From Desulfobacterales bacterium (lineage in GTDB: Bacteria; Desulfobacterota; Syntrophobacteria; B119-G9): DNA of 25,721 nt. This document shows, in pieces, positions 1-8,275 of the stretch (within the stretch, counting starts at the first letter, position 1; each line of letters begins with the position of its first letter). A program made the translations under genes and the position numbers. The notes under the pieces are model-generated. The model did not search any database, was not told the DNA's origin, and saw only the letters and a program-made list of their open reading frames with translations. Location of the stretch: assembly GCA_026992215.1 (NCBI GenBank), contig JALXAI010000102.1, positions 1 to 25,721 on the forward strand, in the 5' to 3' direction.

Positions 1-1131
1 ACATACTCCTATTTTTCCGGCACAAACAGGATATCTCAAATAACCGGAGCCACATCCCTCAGCTTCAGCTACGACAGCAACGGAAACACCACCTCTATAG
101 GAACCAAAACCTTTACATACAATCAGAACAACCGCCTAATCAAGGTATCGGAAAATGGATCAACCCTTGGAGAATATACTTACAACGGCCTCGGCCAGAG
201 AACAATAAAAACCGTGGGAGGGAAAACAACTATCTTTCATTATGACCGGCTCGGAAACATTATCTCTGAGGAAACACAGGGAGAGGAACTAATAAGAGAC
301 TACATCTACATTGGTCGCACCCGCATAGCCATGGTAGAATCCAGAAGATGCCTCGCTGACATAGACACAGACCATGATGTGGACGGAGCTGATTTAGCGC
401 TCCTTGCGGATGATTATAATCGAACCGACTGCTCGGAAACCTCTCACTGCAGAGGTGACGTAAACGGCGACGGAGTAGTAAACACCGATGATCTAGGTAT
501 TTTAGCCTCTGAGTTCGGGAAAACATCGTGTCCTGATGATAAATTCTACTATTTCCACAACGACCATCTTGGTACTCCACAACGAATCACCGATCAAAAC
601 GGCACCATCGTCTGGTCCGCCAATTACAAGCCCTTCGGAGAAGCAACCGTCACCCTCAGCACCATCTCCAACCCCTTCCGCTTCCCGGGGCAGTATTTTG
701 ACAACGAGACAGGCCTGCACTATAATTACTTTAGGTACTATGAACCGGGAGTGGGGAGGTATTTGAGGCCGGATTTGATTGGGCTGAGTGGAGGAAAAAA
801 TCTTTTTGTCTATGTCCTAAATAATCCTGTTAATTTTGTTGATCCTTTGGGGCTGATAGATAATCCCATTGCAAACCTTCCATCTTTTACAGATGCCTTT
901 CCTAATTCCGATGTCGTAGCACCCGCCGCGGATATTATAGTTGGCGGTATAGAGGCTGGAGCTGCTATAGCCGCTGGAATTGCTGCAGGCGTTTCTTTCG
1001 TAGCAGGGCCTGAATTTTGGTGGATAACAGTACCGGCGGCACCTTTTAGTCTTGAAGCGGGAGTAGATTCATTCAGCAGAATAAAGGGGGGGATTGAAAG
1101 ATTTAACAGTCCCTCACCATGCGATAAATAA
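1..1131 (+). CDS. RHS/YD-repeat polymorphic toxin, C-terminal part (5' truncated by window), with dockerin-like insert and a 91-aa C-terminal toxin domain
   Basis: Frame 1 is open from base 1 (TYSYFSGTNRISQITG...YDSNGNTT...YTYNGLGQR), so the ORF starts upstream of the window. It carries YD repeats, the RHS core motifs YFHNDHLGTPQRITD and RFPGQYFDNETGLHYNYFRYY, and the cleavage motif NPVNFVDPLGL (ends at 855), followed by a divergent tail. Confidence 0.93.
   Translation, partial: TYSYFSGTNRISQITGATSLSFSYDSNGNTTSIGTKTFTYNQNNRLIKVSENGSTLGEYTYNGLGQRTIKTVGGKTTIFHYDRLGNIISEETQGEELIRDYIYIGRTRIAMVESRRCLADIDTDHDVDGADLALLADDYNRTDCSETSHCRGDVNGDGVVNTDDLGILASEFGKTSCPDDKFYYFHNDHLGTPQRITDQNGTIVWSANYKPFGEATVTLSTISNPFRFPGQYFDNETGLHYNYFRYYEPGVGRYLRPDLIGLSGGKNLFVYVLNNPVNFVDPLGLIDNPIANLPSFTDAFPNSDVVAPAADIIVGGIEAGAAIAAGIAAGVSFVAGPEFWWITVPAAPFSLEAGVDSFSRIKGGIERFNSPSPCDK
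349..534 (+). other. Dockerin-like (two EF-hand-like Ca2+ loops) domain inserted in the RHS core, copy 1
   Basis: DIDTDHDVDGADLALLA and GDVNGDGVVNTDDLGILA match the DxNxDGxVNxxD dockerin repeat. Four Cys bracket and link the repeats. The domain sits between RIAMV and YYFHNDHLGTP. Confidence 0.8.
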
Positions 1132-1142
1132 AAAAGGACATT

Positions 1143-1493
1143 ATGGATAAAGAAAAAATTTATAAAATAACATCTGTAGCTTCTAACTTCATTTTAGTTG
1201 TGGCTATCGTTTTTTTGAGTATTCATCTTATCGCCCCTTTGGTCGGTGGTAAGCTGCTTATCAATGCCTTGATACAATATGCAAGCTGGGCCAGTATAGC
1301 ATTGGTTATAAAAGTTGCCTTAAAGAGAGTTCAAGAAAAGCGTTCTATGAGGCTTCAAGAATACTCAATTATTTGCTTAATGGTCATTGTAAATTTGTGG
1401 ATATGGTTTACCTATCCACTTAATCTCATTCTTAGTATTTTGTGCGTTATATGTCTTGTTTTTTCTTATAAAATGCAGAGAAGCAAGGGATAG
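1143..1493 (+). CDS. Probable immunity protein for RHS toxin 1 (116 aa, about 4 TM helices)
   Basis: Starts 11 bp after the RHS stop with an AAGGA SD. The small, hydrophobic, AT-rich ORF occupies the canonical immunity position. Confidence 0.7.
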   Translation: MDKEKIYKITSVASNFILVVAIVFLSIHLIAPLVGGKLLINALIQYASWASIALVIKVALKRVQEKRSMRLQEYSIICLMVIVNLWIWFTYPLNLILSILCVICLVFSYKMQRSKG

Positions 1494-1705
1494 GTATCCT
1501 TTGAGAAAAACAAACATCTAATGATTTTGTCTTAACCGCTTTTCTTTTTTGGGGACGTGGGCGGGAATAGATAATCCAACCAGACGCCGCCACTCGCAAA
1601 GTTGCTCCCTGCCTGGCGTGAACACTTGCGGCTGATTATATAATCAGAATTATTGGATGTTGCCGCCGTGTACAGCGAGGTGGTAACAACGGAAATACAA
1701 CACTT

Positions 1706-2833
1706 ATGGGAAGCATGACTTTCACGTACAATCAAAGCAACCGCCTGATAAGGACGTCGCAGAGCGAATCGACTCTTCGAGAACACACATATAACGCTTT
1801 CGGTCAGAGATTCAAAAAGGTGGCTAACGGGAAAACAACTATCTTTCATTACGACCGGTTCGGAAACATTATCTCTGAGGAAACACCCGGGGAGGAAGTA
1901 ATAAGAGACTACATCTACATTGGTCGCAATCGCATCGCTATGGTTAAATCCAGAAGATGCCTGGCTGACATAGACACAGACCATGATGTGGACGGAGCTG
2001 ATTTAGCGCTCCTTGCGGATGATTATGATCGAACCGATTGTTCCGAAGCCTCTCCCTGCGTCGGTGACGTAAACGGCGACGGAGTAGTAAACACCGATGA
2101 TCTAGGTATTTTAGCCTCTGAGTTCGGAAGAACATTGTGTCCCGAGGACAAATTCTACTACTTCCATAATGATCACCTTAGTACTCCACAACGGGTCACC
2201 GATCAAAACGGCACCATCGTCTGGTCTGCCAATTATGTACCCTTCGGAGAAGCAACCGTCACCCACAACACCATCTCCAACCCTTTCCGCTTCCCTGGGC
2301 AGTATTTTGACAACGAGACAGGCCTGCACTACAACTACTTCAGGTACTATGATCCAGGAGTGGGGAGGTATTTGAGGCCGGATCCGCTTTTTTTCAAAAA
2401 ACTATCCGATAAGTACCAGTTCGCTCATAATAATCCAATCACTAGCTACGACTCAAAGGGTCTGATTGCTGCAACTATGACTGAATCACTGACATTGGCA
2501 ATTGAAACTACAGGAGTTACCCCTCTAGTTGTCCACCCTTCACTAGGATTGGCTGTTTTTATTGTATTATCTACTCCAAGTGAGACAGCAGGACCAGAAC
2601 TAGATATGCAGACTCCACCATACGATTCAAACCAACTAATCGCCTCAATAGAAGTACAGACTGGTCCGAGGGAGATGCCTGATTTGTCATACACACCAGA
2701 GAGTTGTAGACTTCGTTTTGAAGCCTGTAGAAGAGCGGCAAAAATAAAGTACCCTTGCCAGGCTAGAAAAAGAAATTGGGAAATTGTTAAATGTTGGATA
2801 GGATTCATCATGTGCTTAATAAGTAATCTGTAA
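1706..2833 (+). CDS. Orphan RHS module (core with dockerin-like insert plus a different 122-aa Cys-rich C-terminal toxin)
   Basis: Same RHS core motifs as gene 1, ending in NPITSYDSKGL (ends at 2464). It lacks the large N-terminal RHS body: there is an in-frame TGA at 1619-1621, and homology to gene 1 starts at about 1685 (NNGNTT). Confidence 0.88.
   Translation: MGSMTFTYNQSNRLIRTSQSESTLREHTYNAFGQRFKKVANGKTTIFHYDRFGNIISEETPGEEVIRDYIYIGRNRIAMVKSRRCLADIDTDHDVDGADLALLADDYDRTDCSEASPCVGDVNGDGVVNTDDLGILASEFGRTLCPEDKFYYFHNDHLSTPQRVTDQNGTIVWSANYVPFGEATVTHNTISNPFRFPGQYFDNETGLHYNYFRYYDPGVGRYLRPDPLFFKKLSDKYQFAHNNPITSYDSKGLIAATMTESLTLAIETTGVTPLVVHPSLGLAVFIVLSTPSETAGPELDMQTPPYDSNQLIASIEVQTGPREMPDLSYTPESCRLRFEACRRAAKIKYPCQARKRNWEIVKCWIGFIMCLISNL
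1958..2143 (+). other. Dockerin-like domain inserted in the RHS core, copy 2
   Basis: CLADIDTDHDVDGADLALLADDYDRTDCSEASPCVGDVNGDGVVNTDDLGILASEFGRTLCP; all four Cys are conserved with copy 1. Confidence 0.8.
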
Positions 2834-2852
2834 CAAGTATGGGATACAACCG

Positions 2853-3197
2853 ATGAAGCGTTTGATATCTGAAATTAGAAGTAGCTGGCATCATGGTAAA
2901 GGAGAAAAGTACTCTAGGAAAGGTCAACAGGAGAAAGCACTTCAACATTTTCTGGAAGCATTAAATCAAGCACAAAAAACGGACAACGAAGGATCAATTG
3001 CCGTGGAGTTAGAATCTATAGGTGTCACGTATCTTAGGCTTGGGAAGTATGCTTTTGCCAAGAGATACTTATTCCAAGCCCTGAAGGTTTTTTCTGAATT
3101 ATCAAATCGAGAGGATAACAGCTACTTTTCCAGTCGAGTGGAAGAGATAAGAAAATTATTAGAACATTGCGATCACCACTTGTCGGTATCCGATTAA
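2853..3197 (+). CDS. Probable immunity protein for RHS toxin 2; TPR-like (114 aa)
   Basis: Lies 19 bp after the orphan toxin stop. Helical TPR-like pattern (G..YSRKGQQEKALQHFLEAL; IGVTYLRLGKYAFAKRYLFQAL). Confidence 0.7.
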   Translation: MKRLISEIRSSWHHGKGEKYSRKGQQEKALQHFLEALNQAQKTDNEGSIAVELESIGVTYLRLGKYAFAKRYLFQALKVFSELSNREDNSYFSSRVEEIRKLLEHCDHHLSVSD

Positions 3198-3253
3198 TAA
3201 CTACGAAACAATCAGTGGAAACACTATTTAGAGGATACCATAAAAAACCTGAG

Positions 3254-3344
3254 ATAGTGCAAGAATTTTTCTGTAAAAAGGTGGTTAGTCTTTCTGAGAA
3301 GAGACTTCACTTCGGTCTGCTTTGACTGTGCCCTCAAAGTTGGT
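3254..3344 (+). repeat. 91-bp dispersed repeat, copy A (copy B at 9301-9391)
   Basis: Ungapped manual alignment gives 14 mismatches in 91 bp (ATAGYGCAAGAATTTTTCTGT...AAGAGACTTCA...TTGACT). Confidence 0.85.
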
Positions 3345-3489
3345 GGCCATGACCTCTGCCGGCAGCAAATTTTACCATATCGAGATTACACTCAGTTCAC
3401 GGCCTCCCTCCCGATCTCGGTTTTCCCCATACATCCGATAAGGACAAGCCATGGTCTACTACATTCAATTTTACAGAAAGAATGTTACA

Positions 3490-5052
3490 CTACTCTAAAG
3501 AACCGACACTGTTCATTATCTCGATAAGTTTGCGCTTATAGTATGAGTGCTTGGCTGCAACATCACTCCTGATGGTTTTTAATACTTCATAACCATCTCC
3601 ACGATCTCGTTGTGAACTAAATATATCAACTAACCTTCTCGTTGTTTCGATAAAGAGCATATTGCTTTCGGCAATGTATTCGTCTGCTGCCTTATCCAGG
3701 TTTCTGAACGCAGACGTCTTAGGGTAGTATTTACTATATACCAGCAAGTAATACCTTGTCCATCTAGCGGTATTTAACAGACCTTCGTGCTTCCCAATCC
3801 AGTCCCCAAAACAGAGAGTCATAAACGAGTAAAAACGGTCCAAAGAAGCGTCCAGGAAATTGTAATCCTCAAATCCGGGCTTACCCTTGAGCCTTCCCTC
3901 GCTCCGAAGTTCTTTTTCGATCCTGGTTTCTGCATAAGGAAGCATTTTGCAGAAAGTGATCGGAGAAGAACCATCGCCGCAAATTTTCACCAAGAAGTCG
4001 AGATTTTCCACCACTGACTGAAATGTAGTCGCCGGGTGAAAGAGCATAAACCCAAAGTCATACCGTATGTTCAGTTTCTTGAGCGTGGTAACGGCCCGAA
4101 TATTTGTCTCAGCCGTCATCCGCTTGTTCATCAGACGAAGCCCACTATCCGAACCGTGTTCGATGCCGAGATAGACGAGAAACAAGCCCGAATCTCTCAT
4201 CAGTTTGAATAACTCGGGATGAATTTCGTCAGACCTGCAATTGATCTTCCATAATATCTTGTCGCTCAATCCTTTTTCGACCAACAATTCGCAAAAACGA
4301 GCCGTCCAGTCTTTTTCCCTCCGTGTGGTCACGGGAAAATCATCGTCCTGGAACATGAACACCATGCAATCTTTTTCCTGGTAAAGCAATTCCATCTCTC
4401 TCACCACCATCTCGGGGCGTCTCACCCGCTTAACCGGCCCCTTGGGTTTGGAGTAGAATTCTCGGATGCTACAAAAGGAGCAATTATAATAACATCCCCG
4501 TCCGGCTAGAAGTGTGGCGTACTTTCTCCCCAGAGCATACTCTTTAAAAGGCTGTCGAACAGGGGCCGGAAAATTGTCCAGGTTTTCTTCCAGCGGGCGT
4601 AGCGGATTGGCAGTGACAGAACCATTGTCTCGATAAGCAATCCCTTTGATCTGTTTCCATTCTTTCCCCGAGAAAATAAGCTGTGCCAACTCCAGGAATG
4701 TGTACTCCCCCTCAAATAACACTACCGAATCGAGGTCGGGAATCATATCCAAAAGCGCAGTATATCTCAGGCTGGGGTAATGCCCGCCTGCGGTAAAGTG
4801 ACAATTCACCCTATTTTCTCTAAGATAACTTATCAAATCTCGGAAATCGTCGATATGGTATTGAAATATGATCGAGAAACCAACGATTGACGGATTATGG
4901 CGAATTATCTGTTGAAGGATACGTTCTTTTCCCGCGCGAAAGTCAATTATCTTCACATCAATCTTATTCTGCAGCAGTATCGAAGCTATGTATCCCACAC
5001 CCAGGTTATCCTGCTCCAAGAATGCGACGAAAAACACGGATCTATCGCGCAT
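3490..5052 (-). CDS. Cobalamin (B12)-dependent radical SAM enzyme (class B methyltransferase-like), 520 aa
   Basis: N-terminal B12-binding domain (NLGVGYIASIL...GFSIIF...GGHYPS), the CxxxCxxC motif GRGCYYNCSFC, and FQDDDF and YLGIEHG core motifs. The start was moved to 5052 because an AAGGAG SD precedes that ATG. Confidence 0.92.
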   Translation of the reverse strand: MRDRSVFFVAFLEQDNLGVGYIASILLQNKIDVKIIDFRAGKERILQQIIRHNPSIVGFSIIFQYHIDDFRDLISYLRENRVNCHFTAGGHYPSLRYTALLDMIPDLDSVVLFEGEYTFLELAQLIFSGKEWKQIKGIAYRDNGSVTANPLRPLEENLDNFPAPVRQPFKEYALGRKYATLLAGRGCYYNCSFCSIREFYSKPKGPVKRVRRPEMVVREMELLYQEKDCMVFMFQDDDFPVTTRREKDWTARFCELLVEKGLSDKILWKINCRSDEIHPELFKLMRDSGLFLVYLGIEHGSDSGLRLMNKRMTAETNIRAVTTLKKLNIRYDFGFMLFHPATTFQSVVENLDFLVKICGDGSSPITFCKMLPYAETRIEKELRSEGRLKGKPGFEDYNFLDASLDRFYSFMTLCFGDWIGKHEGLLNTARWTRYYLLVYSKYYPKTSAFRNLDKAADEYIAESNMLFIETTRRLVDIFSSQRDRGDGYEVLKTIRSDVAAKHSYYKRKLIEIMNSVGSLE

Positions 5053-5435
5053 GGCGCTCTCCTTGTAAGGTGCAGCAAACCATCTCAATCAGGAGTTGGC
5101 GAATTTTACGAATCAAAATGGTGTATATGCTCGTGTAATTAATAGGTTACGTCTAAACGTTCCCTAAGACCCCACCAGCCACCCGGGAGTCAAAAGATTC
5201 CGGGATCTGGGCCAGCGGAGGAGATGGTTCTCCAATCAAACGCTGGTGCTTGTGTGCTCCGACTGTCCTGATGGAACTGAAATGGATCTTTTGCATTTGT
5301 TTCACCACTGTCGTGGACGACGCACCCACGCAGGCTCGGTGGAGCCTTGTTTTGTAATTTCCTCTCAGAAACTCCCCAGGTTCACATCGGAAATTTTGGA
5401 GCCCTGGAAGTTGCGTTTCTATTGATTTCTCCTGC

Positions 5436-5654
5436 CTATCTCACGATCTTGGCAATTTGTTGGTACATCTGTTGTTCGGCTCGTTTCATCTGAATTTCCA
5501 GTTCTGCAACTTTTGCCATGGTTTCCGCCTTTATACGGTATATTTCTTTGATAATGCTTTCCTCTAGCCTGACAGCTATCCAGGGAGGAGGATCCATAAC
5601 CCATTCCTTCGACAGAAACACTGATTCCGAATTGGCCAATCTAAAATCATCCAT
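5436..5654 (-). CDS. Small 72-aa protein (MDPPPW motif plus coiled-coil-like tail), co-oriented upstream of the radical SAM gene
   Basis: Strong SD (GAAAGGAG) before the ATG at 5654. Protein-like amphipathic helix (IKEIYRIKAETMAKVAELEIQMKRAEQQMYQQIAKIVR). Confidence 0.7.
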   Translation of the reverse strand: MDDFRLANSESVFLSKEWVMDPPPWIAVRLEESIIKEIYRIKAETMAKVAELEIQMKRAEQQMYQQIAKIVR

Positions 5655-5709
5655 GACTACTCCTTTCTTCATTTATGTTGAATTTGTTTTTACGTCCTTC
5701 GATACCTGG

Positions 5710-5937
5710 TCACACAATATCGCGTAGCAAGCACGCTTTGTAGCGTTGAGGATACGTCGGTGTGAAACACTGCGCATCGCCAATCCCTTGATGTAGACTC
5801 CATCTCTGACGTTTTATTGCGCTGTCCCCTTTCATGTGGAGCTGAGGGTTCTTAGCTTTCATTGTGACATCCAACGTATAGAGCCCAGCCTTAAATGAAC
5901 AACTGGAAGAACCATTTCTTCCACCAACATTGTTCAT
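5710..5937 (-). CDS. Possible 75-aa peptide of unknown function
   Basis: GGAGGTGA SD 13 nt upstream of the ATG (long spacing), and same strand as the 72-aa ORF. No family recognised. Confidence 0.3.
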   Translation of the reverse strand: MNNVGGRNGSSSCSFKAGLYTLDVTMKAKNPQLHMKGDSAIKRQRWSLHQGIGDAQCFTPTYPQRYKACLLRDIV

Positions 5938-7109
5938 GGCTTATTTTTAATCACCTCCCTTCTGCATTTGTTGGTTGTGTCTGCTGCTTCGCTCTGCGTG
6001 ACCGGGTAAGCCAAGGGGCACACACCCCTTTCCCACTTAAAAACCAACACGTGATACTTCCGCTTTGTATGGCTCAAGGGCTCATAAATCGCCGTTACGA
6101 TAAAACTCTGCCGCGTAGTGGCTTCGTCCAACAATTGAATCCACTGCTAACCATTCGTTAAGTATCCATATATCCTATTGATATTGGTACCTAAAAAGAC
6201 GATGCCTTCTCCCAAACGAGGTTAGTCTTTGCCTCGTAAACCGGTTTTCTGAGTCAAATCCTGCAAGTTGGCGATATATTAAACAATGTATTTGTTGTAT
6301 ACTGGCAAAAAGAGAGAACTTAACCGCCGAATTTAGCTGGCCGGCTTGAGGAAGTGATGATTAAGAGTGTCTCCACCAACAGAATAAGGGAAAGTTAAGC
6401 TGCTTTTGCCCAAACCTATTTGTTTTGCTTACAACTTTCAGAGAGGTTCCCGTTAGAAAATTTCCGATTCATCGTAGTCGGATGGCTCTCCCCCCGGAAG
6501 GTTTGAGATATCCACCCCAAATACGAGTGAAAAAAACTCTTGTAAAACGATAACATATCCGTTCATTTTATCAAGCAAAAAATAAGTAGGAGATATGGCC
6601 CCCCCAAATACGGGGTTGATGCCTCTGCTCGGGGCATTCTTATTTATCCGGGCAAACTTGTGGAGTCAATATGCCGGAAGCGGGATTGCGGCCGTATTTG
6701 CAAGCCATGGATATTAGGATCAACATAAATGGCCGCCCGCCGTCACCGGGCGGGGCGAGGGAAGTGCCATGGATAAATATTGTGATTGAGAGGCTATAAC
6801 GCGCAGTTAAGTATGGAGATATATGGCTCCCACAGTAAGTATTTCGAGTACCTTGAAATTCTTATGGATCCCCTTCTTCCCTCTATCTACCTCTTCACAC
6901 ATTGTCCGGCTTTGGGTCCCGTTTTAACCCCAAGCTGATTAACGGAAAACCTGTGTATTGGAAATACCTCGGATTCTGTTATAATTTCCGAAAAGGCGCT
7001 TTTGTTGTCGTGTGAATGATTTCGCCTTTTGCCTTGATCCGGGACGGCCGTGACAGCGAAGCCAGAGTGGATTTTTATATGGACAGGAGCAGTTATTACT
7101 GGGGGTGGC

Positions 7110-7640
7110 ATGAGAAAGAGGACCGAGCGATTCATTTCTGATATGTTGACTGGGAGCATCGTTTTCCTTTCGTTAGTCTGTTTGCTGGGGATATCTGGCT
7201 GTGCCACGGGAGTGTCAAAACGCTCCCTGTCCATGGTTGACTTTCATGGAACATTTTCCCAGTTGCAAGATCATCCCGAATTCTTTGTTGGTAAGGTTGT
7301 CCTTCTGGGCGGAAAGGTGATAGAGACAAAGGCTTCGTCGGGCCATTCGGAAATTACAGTCTTGGAATTGCCACTAGGAGCGGGGAACAGGCCATTGGAT
7401 ACCGACCGTTCCGCCGGTCGTTTCCTGGTGTGGATAAGTCGCTATCTCGATCCCGAAATATATAAGGGCGGGACTTTCCTGACGGTGGTTGGGAAGGTTA
7501 TGGGAAGTGAACAGCGATTGGTTGGAAATTATAACTATCGATACCCCGTATTGGGCCTCATAGAGGCGAAAACGTGGAAAAAACTTCGGCCACCCTATTC
7601 GAACGTACACATTGGCGTGGGAGTCGGGGCGGTATTTTGA
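7110..7640 (+). CDS. Slp-family outer membrane lipoprotein
   Basis: Lipobox-like LLGISGC; motifs GKVVLLGGKVI, GRFLV...YLDPEIYKGG..LTVVGKV, YRYPVL. Start moved to ATG 7110. Confidence 0.85.
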   Translation: MRKRTERFISDMLTGSIVFLSLVCLLGISGCATGVSKRSLSMVDFHGTFSQLQDHPEFFVGKVVLLGGKVIETKASSGHSEITVLELPLGAGNRPLDTDRSAGRFLVWISRYLDPEIYKGGTFLTVVGKVMGSEQRLVGNYNYRYPVLGLIEAKTWKKLRPPYSNVHIGVGVGAVF

Positions 7641-7696
7641 TCCGGCCCCCCTAACTCATCAAAGCACGCGTCTACGGCCGAGACGGAGAGGGTGTA

Positions 7697-8275
7697 ATGA
7701 AAAGAATGCGGGACGTAACAGGGTTTGGAAGAATGCGTTCGAGAACTGTCATCTGGGTGCTTATCCTTTTTGCTTTGAGTTTCTCGTATGCATGTGCGCC
7801 GGTGGTTTCCAACCAATTTCGGCGCGAGGTCAAAATATCCGTGCCTTTTTCCGAAATACAGAAAAATCCGGAGCGTTTCTTTGGTCATCGGGTCATCCTT
7901 GGCGGCTACATCCTGAAAACGACCAACGAGGCGAATGAAACGATGGTCACCGTTATTCAGGCGCCGTTAAATTACCTGGACGAGCCGCAATCCCGAGATC
8001 GTTCACAGGGGCGGTTTATCATACGGGCGAAAAAATTTCTTGATCCCGAAATCTATAGCAAAGATCGCAAGATCACCGTCGCGGGGACGATTTCCGGTGT
8101 TCGCGCGGAGAAACTAGGCAACACAACGTACAACTATCCTGTTATAGAGCCGGAAGAATTGCATCTTTGGCCCAAGCAAGTATACTACAGGTATCCCCCG
8201 CCTTACTGGGACTGGTATGAACCATGGTATTGTGACCGATACTTCTGGCGGCCCTATCCCCGGTACCCGTGGTAA
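7697..8275 (+). CDS. Slp-family outer membrane lipoprotein (paralog)
   Basis: Lipobox-like FSYAC; motifs GHRVILGGYIL, QGRFII...FLDPEIYSKDRKITVAGTI, YNYPVI; aromatic/Pro-rich C-terminal tail; GGAG/GAGG SD. Confidence 0.88.
   Translation: MKRMRDVTGFGRMRSRTVIWVLILFALSFSYACAPVVSNQFRREVKISVPFSEIQKNPERFFGHRVILGGYILKTTNEANETMVTVIQAPLNYLDEPQSRDRSQGRFIIRAKKFLDPEIYSKDRKITVAGTISGVRAEKLGNTTYNYPVIEPEELHLWPKQVYYRYPPPYWDWYEPWYCDRYFWRPYPRYPW

Larger units (their letters stand above)
220..2383 (+). repeat. Direct repeat of the RHS core: 220-774 and 1829-2383 (555 bp, offset 1609)
   Basis: The DNA is near-identical and colinear from GGGAAAACAACTATC to TTTGAGGCCGGAT, after which the two copies diverge abruptly. 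Confidence 0.92.

Noticed and set aside
1575-1650. Possible attC remnant (CAACCAGACGCCGC...GCGGCTG) between immunity gene 1 and the orphan RHS
   Set aside because: Only a short GCCGC/GCGGC pairing and no terminal GTT box; too weak.
220-2383. Duplicated RHS segment as a DGR template/variable repeat pair
   Set aside because: Differences include many C/T and other non-adenine changes, both copies are coding, and no reverse transcriptase is present.
5153-5296. 47-aa minus-strand ORF between the small protein and the radical SAM gene
   Set aside because: No SD and no recognisable motif.
6318-6400. ACTTAAC...GTTAAGC, an attC-like pair of ends
   Set aside because: The interior does not form the L''/L' hairpin and there is no adjacent cassette-like gene.
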